DNA of 34,736 nt from Raja brachyura (Eukaryota). Each line of letters opens with the position of its first letter. Position 1 is the stretch's first letter. Of this stretch, positions 24,541 through 34,736 are shown piece by piece. The notes under the pieces are model-generated. The model did no database searches. It was not told where the DNA came from and was given only the letters and a program-made list of their open reading frames with translations. The translations under genes and the position numbers were made by a program. The stretch spans positions 1 through 34,736 of the forward strand of contig CAUPSL010000466.1 of the NCBI GenBank assembly GCA_963514005.1, written 5' to 3'.

Positions 24541-24837
24541 ATGCAACCTCGGTGACGGTCCATCAGACTCCGGACGCTCTGTCTACATATCCCGACCAGA
24601 AGGTGGAGGTGAAGTGTACTGTAGAGGACGGTAGCAGCAGTAGCTACAGGTATTGGTACAGACAATACCCGGGAGCGGGGCCACATATCCTGTTTTCTTC
24701 AGCAGGAGAGGGAAACGTGCAGCCAGATAATTCGGTGGCCGGATTGAAGGCAGAGAGACCGAACCTCAACGAGTTCTATTTAAAATCCTCCGTCTTAGAG
24801 GCGGATTCGTCGGCCGTGTATTTCTGCGCCTGGTCTA
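24541..24837 (+). CDS. TRBV: apparently functional T-cell receptor V exon (TRBV30-like)
   Basis: Open Ig V-set exon ATSVTVHQTPDALSTYPDQKVEVKCTVEDGSSSSYRYWYRQYPGAGPHILFSSAGEGNVQPDNSVAGLKAERPNLNEFYLKSSVLEADSSAVYFCAWS with both Cys and the core Trp, directly followed by an RSS. Confidence 0.92.
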
Positions 24838-24875
24838 CACAGCGACTCGGAGAAACGAGGGTGTGCACAAAAACC
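24838..24875 (+). promoter_or_regulatory. recombination signal sequence, 22-bp spacer (23-type)
   Basis: CACAGCG 24838-24844, spacer 24845-24866, ACAAAAACC 24867-24875. Confidence 0.92.
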
Positions 24876-25755
24876 TCACACATCCTTCCATTGACAATGA
24901 GCGCCCCCTCGGGCAGTGAGGTCCTTGTGCTGCTCCCCCCGTCATTCTATATTTCTTCCCTTAGATCGTTTCTGTCCTTCATCAAACCTGCAGACCCATG
25001 TGCCTACCAAAAAGTATCAAAAACGCTAATATCGTATCTGCCTCCACCACCACCCCGACAGCGCTTTCTTTGTGGAGCTGAGACATACNNNNNNNNNNNN
25101 NNNNNNNNNNNNNNNNNNNNNNNNNNNNNNNNNNNNNNNNNNNNNNNNNNNNNNNNNNNNNNNNNNNNNNNNNNNNNNNNNNNNNNNNNNNNNNNNNNNN
25201 NNNNNNNNNNNNNNNNNNNNNNNNNNNNNNNNNNNNNNNNNNNNNNNNNNNNNNNNNNNNNNNNNNNNNNNNNNNNNNNACAGTGCGCTAGAGAGATATA
25301 GTTAGGTAGAGATGGAAATTAAATTCATGTAGAGTGAGCAAGAGAGAGAGAGAGATGTAGGGAGAGATAGCAATAGCGAAAGATGGAAATAGACTAAATT
25401 GAGAAAGCGAGGGGGAGTGCTGAAGAGAGAGATAGTACGTTAGAGATTCAGGGAGAGCAACATGGGTAGATAGATAGATAAACTAATAGACAGATGAATA
25501 GGTGTAGGACAGCACAAACACACGGACAGTCGAAACGATAGAGTGCTGGGCATGTGTTGGGGTGAGGGAGATCGCAGCGAAGGTCAGCAAGCACATGAGA
25601 GATTAAGAGGCGCTGAAAATAGAGAAAGTTAACGCGGCAAATCCACCGACGGTGAAAAAGCTTCAGAAATTTAGACGGAACTAGAGAGGCAGGGTATTCG
25701 ATGGCGGGTGGAAGGAGATTGGTCATAATGATGCAGGGGGCATGTCCGACCCATA

Positions 25756-26329
25756 ATCCGCGTATCCATATGCGGAGTATTTTAAGATCTTGGGAACCAT
25801 CATCTCCTAGGACCTTAAATGGGTGGCTACCATCGGTTCCACGGTCTAAAAGGCACGACAGAGGACGTACTGCCTGCGGCAGCTGAGGAAGCACAATCTA
25901 CCCCAGGCAATGATGGTCCAATGCAATATGGCCATCGTAGAGTCTGTCCTCATTTTTACATCACGGTCTTGATTGGCCCAGCCACCAAGCACGGCATCTG
26001 GAGACTGCAGCGAATCGTCCGATCAGCTGATAAGGTCATTGGCTGCAACCTTCCCTCCATTGATGAACAGTACAGTGCAAGGGCCAGGAAGCGAGCGGGT
26101 AAGATCATCTCCGACCCCTCTTCCCGTGGCCACAAACTCATTGAATCACTTCCGTCTGGAACGCGACTCCGGACTGCCTACGCTGCCACAGCCATACACA
26201 AAAACCGCTTGTTTTAACGAGTAGCAGCTCTAATCAATATCTGCAGCCTCCTTTTGCACTGATACATTATTTAATTCACATGTGTAATCAACAATGTTTT
26301 ATTATTGATGCTTAATGTTTTATGTGTCA
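25756..26329 (+). mobile_element. old Rex1/Babar 3' fragment (duplicate of 3085-3775; tail resumes 29482-29605)
   Basis: LQRIVRSADKVIG...RARKRAGKIISDPS. Confidence 0.8.
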
Positions 26330-29300
26330 AAAAATCAAGACGGCGGCGCCCTGTGCGGCTGCGGCTGCATTGGCTCCCGACAGAAACAGAAATTTAAAGG
26401 TAAAAAATCACACACTTACTTGTTCAGTCCAGAGTCTGATGGTCGCTTTTCGGTGCGACTGTCAGTCCGGGTTGAAACTGCATGCGTCCAGCAGTTCCCC
26501 GGCCGTTGATCGGGTTACTCTGGAGACTCTACGGAGTCTCGGACTGCTGCGTCGGCTGGAGCCAGCGGCCTACGAAGCCGCGGAGTCTCCTACCAGTACT
26601 GGCCGCACTCGGAGGAGGAGGAGGCGGTGCGACAGGAAGCAGAAGCGCGGCACTCGCGGAGGACTAACGGCGAAACTGAAGGCTAACCCCTGCAGGACAC
26701 CGCTTCCGTCTATTCTGCTCGCTAACGTCCGCTCCCTGGAGAATAAGTTGGACTACCTGAGGCTGGACCTGGTAACCAGACGGGAGGTGAGAGATTGCTG
26801 CGCCCTGATCCTAACAGAGACGTGGTTAAACTCCTCTGTTCCCGACGGCGCCATTAGCGTGGAGGGGTTAACAGCATTCAGGTTGGACAGAAGCCACGCT
26901 CTCAGTGGGAAATCCCGGGGTGGTGGTGTGTGCATTTACACTAATAACATCTGGTGTAATAATGCCACAGTGGTGTCAAATTATTGCTCCCCAGACATTG
27001 AGTTTTTGACAATAAAATGCAGACCCTTCTATATGCCCAAGGAATTTACCATTTTAACCATCACAGCCGTGTACATCCCACCCAGTGCAAACTCTAAGGA
27101 GGCCCTGAATGCTCTTTATCGTTCCATTAGACCTACAATCTACACATCCAGATGGTGTCTTCATTGTTGCTGGGGATTTTAACCAGGCCAACATGAAGAC
27201 TGTTCTCCCACATTACTACCAGCATGTAGACTTTGCAACCAGGGGAATGAACACACTGGACCAGCATATACTAACATCAAGAAGGCATTCAAGGCAGTCC
27301 CCCGCCCCCACCTTGGCTCCTCAGACCATATCTCTGTGATGCTAATTCCTGCATACAGGCCCCTGCTTACCAGAGAAAAACGAACTGTGAAGCAGGTCAG
27401 GGTTTGGCCAAAGGGAGCTATGACAACACTACAGGACTGTTTTGAATGCACGGACTGGGAGATGTTCAAGAAGGCTGCAACTGTCAGTCAACACATCAAC
27501 CTGGAGGAGTACACTGTGTCAGTGTCTGCTTACATGGAGAAGTGCATAGAGGATGTCTATGTCACCAAGACCATCACTGTACGGGCCAACCAGAAACCCT
27601 GGATGACCACAGAGGTACGTGGAATGCTGAGAGCACGTAATGCCGCGTTTAAATCCGGCGACGTGGTGGCACTCAGATCCGCAAGAGCCAATCTGAACCG
27701 AGTCATCAGGCTGGCCAAGCGTGCCCATGGTCATAAAAATCAGAGCTTCTTCCAGGACCCCAAGAACACCAGGCGCATGTGGCAGGGAATCAAATCAATC
27801 ACTGACTATAAGACTGCTCCACCACCCTGTGATGACAACATTGAGTTCCTCAATGAACTCAACAACTTTTTTGGACGGTTCGAGGCATTAAATAACACAC
27901 CTGCAAGCAAAGGTATTCCTCACTGTGATGAACAGGCACTCAGTCTTGACATAGTGGATGTACGGAGGACCCTAAAAGGCGTGAACGCACGAAAGGCGGC
28001 AGGCCCTGATAACATACCAGGGCGGGTGCTCAGGGAGTGTGCTGATCAGCTGGCACACGTCCTTACGGACATATTTAACACCTCGCTGAACCAGGCTGTC
28101 GTCCCATTATGTATCAAGACTGCCACCATCATACCAGTACCAAACAAATCCAACATACAATGTGTCAATGACTACCACCCTGTAGCACCCACCCCCATAA
28201 TGATGAAGTGCTTCGAGTGGCTGGTCAGGGACCATATTACCCCCAGACTCCCCTCCACACTTGACCCATACCAGTTTGCTTGCAGGCCAAACCGCTCCAC
28301 AGAGGACGCTATATCCCACGTACTCCATCTGAGCCTGGAACATTTAGAGAAGAAGAACACCTATGTGCAAATGCTGGTCGTGGATTTCAGTTCAGCATTC
28401 AACACAATTATCCCCCAGCAGCTGATAAGCAAACTGGTTCCATTGGGCCTCGGCACCCCCATGTGTAACTGGCTCTGGACTTCCTCACTGACCGACCCCA
28501 GTCTGTGAGGGTTGGAAATAACACCTCTAACACGATCTCTCTGAGCACCGGCTCCCCTTTGGGCTGTGTCCTGAGTCCACTGCTGTTTACCCTGATGACC
28601 CACGACTGTTGTGCCAGGTTTAGTACAAACCACATAATGAAGTATACAGATGACACAACAGTGGTGGGCCTCATCAGGGACGACAATGAGCTGGCTTAAA
28701 GCGAGGAGGTGAAACAACTGGTGGACTGGTGCAACACGAACAACCTGATCCTGAATGTCGAAAAAACTAAGGAGGTCATCGTCGACTTCAGGAAAAACCG
28801 GAACAGTCCCATACCACTTCACATCAATGAAGCGATGTGGAGGTGGTCAGTAGCACAAAGTTCCTGGGGGTACAGATCACTAACAGTCTGACCTGGTCGA
28901 ATAACATCTCATCAACAGCGGTTGCACTTTCTGCGCCGCATGAGAAGAGCTCACCTCCCCCATCCCAGCCTCACCACTTTCTACAGGGGCACCATAGAGA
29001 GTATTTTGACCAGCTGTATCTCTGTCTGGTTTGGGGACTGTAAAGCCTCTGACTGGAAGTCCGTGCAGAGAATGGTGAGGACAGCGGAAAAAAATCATCG
29101 GGACCTCTCTCTCTCCTCAATCGGGGATATTGCGACCAAACGTTGCGTGTCTAAGGCCAGCAGTATTATAAAAGACCCCACACATCTCCATCACGGACTG
29201 TTCACTCTGCTGCCCTCGGGCAAAAGATATCGCAGCATAAGGAGCAGAACATCAAGGTTCTGCAACAGCTTATTCCCACGAGCCATCAGACTCCTGAATG

Positions 29301-29481
29301 CCATGTAATGGGCTGCCACCATTGTCTATTGATCCTTTTATCCTTTTTATCCATTTTATCCATGTTTATCCTTCTGTTAATTATCGTGTTGCACAGGGAG
29401 CCAAATGCAACGTAATTTCGTTTGGAACTGCATATATCAATGTATTTCTAAATGACAATAAAGTTTGTTTGACTTTGACTT
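26330..29481 (+). mobile_element. near full-length Rex1/Babar LINE (APE + RT, disrupted)
   Basis: 5' [93 protein letters not shown] + (TTTGAC)n tail. TSD TGTGTCA at 26323-26329 and 29482-29488. Confidence 0.92.
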
Positions 29482-29609
29482 TGTGTCATTCGTAACTGTA
29501 CATCGTTGTCACTTTGGGGCAAATTCCATGTATGTGAATGCTTAGCCAATAAAGTTATTCATTTTCATCAATTCATTAATTCATTAATTCATTTATTCAT
29601 TCATACCCA

Positions 29610-30330
29610 GCTCTCAATGGACCATCAAGGAACCATGCACATGTACTACTAGATCCCTCCGCTCTACAACACTAACCAGAGGCCAACCATTTACTGTATA
29701 GGACCTGCCCTTATTCGTCGTCCCAAAATGCAACACCTCGCATTCTCTGTATTGAATACGATCAACCACCCACCTGGCCAATCGATCCGGATCCTGCTGC
29801 ATTCGTCCACAGCCATCTTCAATAGCTGCAAAATCTTTAACTTTTGTATCATCTGCAAACTTGCTAATCTTGCCCTGCATGTTCTCATCCAACTCATTGT
29901 TGCAGATAATAAACAGTAACAGGCCCAGCACCGAACCCTGAGGCACATAACTAGTCACAGGCAGTGTGAGAATCAACCTTCCAACATTCCCATCTGATTT
30001 ATTCCATGGAGCTAGTTTGATATCCATTGCGCTATCTCTCCGTGGATCCCTTGCGATCTAACCTTCCAAAGCAGCCTATGATGCGGAATATTGTCGAACG
30101 CCTTACTGAAGTCCATGTACACAACATCTACAACTCTGCCCTCATCAAACGTTTACGTAATATCTCCTAAAAAATCAATCCGATATTTGAAACACGACCT
30201 CCCACATACAAAACCATGCTGACTATCCCTTATCAGGCCTTGCCCATCCAAAGGCCTGATATCTTATTGCTCAGAATACTCTCCAGTAGCCTACCAACTA
30301 CAGATGTTAAGCTCACCGGCGTATAGTTCG
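29610..30330 (-). mobile_element. old CR1 RT fragment
   Basis: VPQGSVLG...KISKFADDTK...QQDPDRL...RRDL. Confidence 0.85.
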
Positions 30331-30414
30331 CAGCATTTCCACACGAAAAGGGTACAACGTTTGCCACCCTCCAGTCTTACAGCACCTCTCAGTGTGTAGG
30401 GAGTGGATGACAAT

Positions 30415-30966
30415 AGGTAGACAAAAATGCTCGAGAAACTCAGCGGGTGCGGCAGCATCTATGGAGCAAAGGAATAGGTGACGTTTCGAATCGAGACACT
30501 TCTTCAGATTGATGTGGGGGTGGGGAGCGGGAAGAAGAAAGGAAGAGGCGGGGACAGTAGACTGTGTGAGAGCTGGGAAGGGGAAGGGCATGAGGGAGAA
30601 AGCAAGGACAACCTGAAATTTGAGAAGTCAATGTTCATACCACTGGGGTGTGAACCACCCAAGCGAAATATGAGCTGCTGCTCCACAAATTTGCGGTGGG
30701 ATTCATTCTGGCCATGGAAGAGGGGCGTGATTCGGAATGGGAGGGGGAGTTGTAGTGCTGAGCCAAGGGGAGATCAGGTTAATTAAAGCGAACTGACCGG
30801 AGGTGTTGGGCGAAGTGATCGTCAAGTCTGCGCTTGGTCTCACCGATGTAGAGCAGTTGACACCTATAGATAGATTCGCTCCATAGATGCTGCCTCACCC
30901 GCTGAGTTTCTCCAGCATTTTTGTCTACCTTCGATTTTGCCAGCTTCTGCAGTTCTTTCTTAAACA
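30415..30966 (-). mobile_element. Penelope-like element remnant (GIY-YIG C-terminus, pLTR and inverted pLTR piece)
   Basis: CQLLYIGETKRRLDDHFAQHLRS and EQQLIFRLG...GMNIDFSNF on the minus strand. 30415-30465 and 30880-30930 are inverted copies. Confidence 0.85.
30480..30507 (-). ncRNA. minimal hammerhead ribozyme motif of the Penelope pLTR (probably decayed)
   Basis: Minus strand CUGAAGA-AGUGUCUCGAUUC-GAAA-CGUC: intact core boxes and a GUC site, imperfect stem II. Confidence 0.55.
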
Positions 30967-31054
30967 TATAAGACATTCGGATAACCTTTGACTACTGTGA
31001 ATGTGTGATGAATTTTCAGCGTAGACTCCAAAGGCCATAATATCGTAAGACATA

Positions 31055-33812
31055 CAGTGGCTTGCAAAAGATTTCATACCCCTTGAACTTTTCCACATTA
31101 GTCACGATACAGCCATAAACGTAAATGTATTTTATTGGGGTTTTATGTGCTAGACCAACACAAAGTGGTGCATAATTGTGACGTGGAAGGAAAATGATAC
31201 ATGGTTTCCATATTTTATAACAAATAAAACACTGAAAAGTGTGGCGTGCAAAAGTATTCAGCCCCCCTGAGTCAATACTATGTAGAACCACCTTTCGCTG
31301 CAATTACAGCTGCAAGTCTTTTGGAGTATGTCTCTACCAGCTTTGCACATCTAGAGACTGAAATGTTTGCCCATTCTGTTTTGCAAAATAGCTCAAGCTC
31401 AGTCAGATTGGATGGAGAGCGTCTGTGAACAGCAATTTTCAAGTCTTGCCAGAGATTCTCAATTGGATTTAGGTCTGGACTTTGACTGGGCCATTCTAAC
31501 ACATGAATATGGTTTGATCTAAACCATTCCATTGTAGCTCTGGCTGTATGTTTAGGGTCGTTGTCCTGCTGGAAGGTGAACCTCCGCCCCAGTCTCAAGT
31601 CTTTTGCAGACTCTAACAGGTTTTCTTCCAAGATTGCCCTGTATTTAGCTCCATCCATCTTCCCATCAACTCTGACCAGCTTCCCTGTTCCTGCTGAAGA
31701 AAATCATCGCCACAGCATGATGCTGCCATCACCATGTTTCACAGTGGGGATGGTGTGTTCAGGGTGATGTGCAGTGTTAGTATTCCGCCCCACATAGCTT
31801 TTTGCATTTAGGCCAAAAACTTTAATTTTGGTCTCATCAGATCAGAGCACCTGCCTCCACATGTTTGCTGTGTCCCCCACATGGCCTGTGGCAAACTGCA
31901 AACGGGACTTCTTATGGCTTTGTTTTTCAACAATGGTTTTCTTCTTTTTTAATTCAATTCAATTCAATTCAATTCAACTTTAATGTAATTGCACAAATAC
32001 AAGTATAGGTACAACGAAATGCAGTTTAGCGTCGTTCGTAGTGATAGCGATATAGAAAAATAAATACAGAGTTCAGTGATAGCAATATGGAAAATAAATA
32101 CAGGGTGCAGACAAATCTGTCAGCGGGACTCCGAGTTCAGTAGTCTGATGGTGTAGTTGTAGAAGCTGTTCCTCATCCTACTAGTGCGGGACCTGAGGCT
32201 CCTGTACCGCCTCCCCGATGGTAGGAGGGCAAACAGTCCATGGTTAGGGTGTGAGGGGTCCTTGATGATCTTCCCGGCCCGCTTCAGACACCGTTTACGG
32301 TGGAGGTCATCCATGGCAGGGAGCGGGGCACCGATGATGTACTGGGCGGTTTTCACCACCCGTTGTAGTGCCTTCCTGTCTGCCACGGTGCAACTGCTGT
32401 ACCATACCGTAAGGCAGGTGGTCAGGATGCTTTCGATGGTACAGCGGTAAAAGTTCGTCAGGATCTGGGGGGACAGGTGGGCTTTTTTGAGCCTCCTCAG
32501 AAAGTAAAGGCGCTGCTGTGCCTTTTTGATCAGCTTTGAGGTGTTGAGGGACCAGGACAGATCCTCCGAGATGTGTACCCCGAGGAATTTGTAGTTGGAG
32601 ACCCGCTCCACCTCCGTCCCGTTTATATGGATGGGGGTGTGTCTGCCCCCTCTGTTCTTCCTAAAGTCAACAATGATTTCCTTCGTCTTCTGGGAGTTGA
32701 GGACGAGGTTATTGTTGGCACACCAGGTAGTCAGGTGCTGGACCTCCTCCCTATAGGCTGATTCGTCATTGTCACTGATCAGTCCTACCACCGTGGTGTC
32801 GTCGGCAAATTTTATGATGGCGTTGGAGCCATACTTGGGGATGCAGTCATGCGTGAAGAGGGAGTAGAGGAGAGGGCTGAGCACACAGCCCTGTGGCACG
32901 CCGGTGTTCAGTGTTATACTGGAGGAGGTGAGGTTGTTGACCCTAACAGACTGTGGTCTGTTAGTGAGGAAATCTAGTGTCCAATTGCAGAGGGGGGTGG
33001 GGATGCCAAGACCGCTGAGTTTGGTGATCAAGCTAGTGGGTATGACCGTGTTAAAGGCAGAGCTGAAGTTCCATAACTGTTCACTTTTCACTGTTCCATA
33101 AAGGCCCGATTTGTGTAGTGCACGACAAATAGTTGTCCTGTGGACAGATTATCCCACCTGAGCTGTGGATCTCTGCAGCGGCTCCAGAGTTACCATGGGC
33201 CTATTGGCTGCTTCTCTGATCAATGCTCTCCTTGCCAGGCCTGTCAGTTTAGGTGGGCGGCCATGTCGTGGTAGGTTTGCAGTTGTGCCATACACTTTCC
33301 ATTTTCGGATGATGGATTGAACAGTGCTGCGTGAGATGTTCAAAGCTTGGGATATTTTTTTATAACCTAACCCTGCTTTAGACTTCTCCACAGCTTCATC
33401 CCTGACCTGTCTGGTGTGTTCCTTGGGCTTCATGATGCTGTTTGTTCACTATTGTTCTCTAACAAACCTCTGAGGCCTTCACAGAACAGCTGTATTTATG
33501 CTGAGATTAGATTACGCACAAGTGGACTCTATTTACTAATTAGGTGACTTCTGAAGGCAATTGGTTGCACTGGATTTTATTTAGGGGTATCAGAGTAAAG
33601 GGGGCTGAATTCCTTTGCACGCCACACTTTTCAGTTTTTTATTTGTAAAAAAAATTGAAAACCATGTATCATTTTCCTTCCACTTCACAATTATGCGCCA
33701 CTTTGTGTTGGCCTATCACATAAAATCCCAATAAAATACATTTACGTTTGTGGTTGTAACGTGACAAAATGTGGAAAAGTTCAAGGGTTATGAAAACTTT
33801 TGCAAGCCACTG
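31055..33812 (-). mobile_element. Tc1 (DD34E, IR/DR type) DNA transposon, interrupted
   Basis: TA|CAGTGGCTTGCAAAAG...CTTTTGCAAGCCACTG|TA with ~210-bp TIRs and inner direct repeats. N-terminal HTH with GRPPK (33149-33433). FQQDNDPKH...[12 protein letters not shown] with 34 residues between D and E (31278-31658). Confidence 0.95.
31950..33071 (-). mobile_element. 5'-truncated Rex1/Babar LINE inserted into the Tc1 transposase
   Basis: Open ORF FSSAFNT...[10 protein letters not shown]...KFADDTT...[13 protein letters not shown]. (TTGAA)n tail at 31951-31977. Confidence 0.92.
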
Positions 33813-33984
33813 TAGGTGCAGAAATAAATCATTGAGTCCACTGTTCTGCCCCGTCATTCAAACGTGGCTCATCTATTTTCTCTTCGCAATCCAATTCTCC
33901 TGCCTTTCCCCCGTAACATTAGTTATGAAAAAGGAACCTGTCAATCTGGACTTTTAATTACCCAACAGACGATATGCAACAGAT

Positions 33985-34545
33985 AATAGATGCAGTAGTA
34001 GGTCATTCGGCCCTTCAAGCCTGCACCGCTATTCAATGTGATCATGGCTGATCATCAACAATCAGTAGGATATGGAGGATCAGTAGGAACCCCGTTCCTG
34101 CTTGCTTCCCTATTTCCCAGACTCCGCTATCTTCAAGATCCCTGTCTAGCTATCCCTTGAAAGTTTCCAGAGAACCGGCCTCCACCGCCCTCTGCGGCAG
34201 AGAAGTCCACAGTCTCACAAATCTCTGTGTGAACAAAGTGTTTATTCATATCCGTTCTAAACGGCTTATCACGTATGCTTAAACTGTGGCCCCTGGTTCT
34301 GGACTTCCCCAATCTCGGGATCAGGTTTCCTTCGTCTAGCTTGTCCATACCCTTATTAATCTTATATGTTTCCACGAGATCCCCTCTTATCCTAAATTCC
34401 AGAGTGTACATGCTTGGCGCTCAATTCTCTCACGATATGACAGACCCGCGATATCAGGAATAAACCTTGTGAACCTACGCTGCACTGCCTCGAAAGCAAG
34501 AATGACGGTCCTCCAATTTGGAGATCAAAACTGCACACAACACTC
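33985..34545 (-). mobile_element. older CR1 3' fragment
   Basis: YTLEFRIRGDLVETYKI...SRTRGHSL and a CR1 3' UTR hairpin region. Confidence 0.85.
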
Positions 34546-34736
34546 CAGGTGCAGAATGGTGATGGTGTTGTGTTGATTTGCAGCGAGCGAGACGGTGGAG
34601 ATATGTGGGGCAGCAAGAGCGGCAGGAAAGGATAGACAGCGAGACATAGATGTAGACACAGTTAGAGAGAAACAGACAGCCAGAGAGAGAGAAAGAGAGC
34701 AAGAGGGAGAGAGACATCGAGAGATAGACTGCGAGA

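Larger units (their letters stand above)
22940..29853 (+). repeat. segmental duplication, copy 2 (includes a copy-specific Rex1 insertion)
   Basis: Colinear with 1-4023 apart from 26330-29481. Confidence 0.95.

Noticed and set aside
23341-24875. NAR-TCR-like double-V cassette (two V exons in tandem)
   Set aside because: The downstream V has its own leader. The upstream V lacks an RSS and is frameshifted, and I see no D or J segments between them.
24492-25301. 269-aa ORF as a single-exon protein
   Set aside because: It starts in the intron and runs through the RSS into Ns. Only 24541-24837 is coding.

Overview
Vertebrate genomic DNA, most likely from an elasmobranch (shark, skate or ray; inferred from HE1-like V-SINEs and HER1-like CR1 tails). 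The window is part of a T-cell receptor V-gene array, probably TRB. I find five related + strand V segments resembling mammalian TRBV30 (T-x-H-Q-x-P, C-T-V-E, Y-W-Y-R-Q, A-x-R-P, C-A-W-S). One looks intact: leader 23712-23748, V exon 24541-24837, RSS with a 22-bp spacer. Its duplicate (leader 774-810, V exon 1592-1890) has a 23-bp-spacer RSS but two +1 homopolymer frameshifts. Two 3'-truncated pseudo-V segments start at 402 and 23341, and one decayed V has a 6.1-kb L1 in its intron (leader 13778, V exon 20817). A [pseudo-V + V] cassette is duplicated with a 22,939-bp offset. The rest is nested mobile DNA: L1, CR1, Rex1/Babar, an IR/DR Tc1, a tandem non-autonomous Helitron-like array, Penelope remnants with minimal hammerhead motifs, SINEs and simple repeats. 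The N runs look like masked low-complexity DNA. No D, J or C segments were seen. Family assignments come from motif recognition by eye, not database searches.
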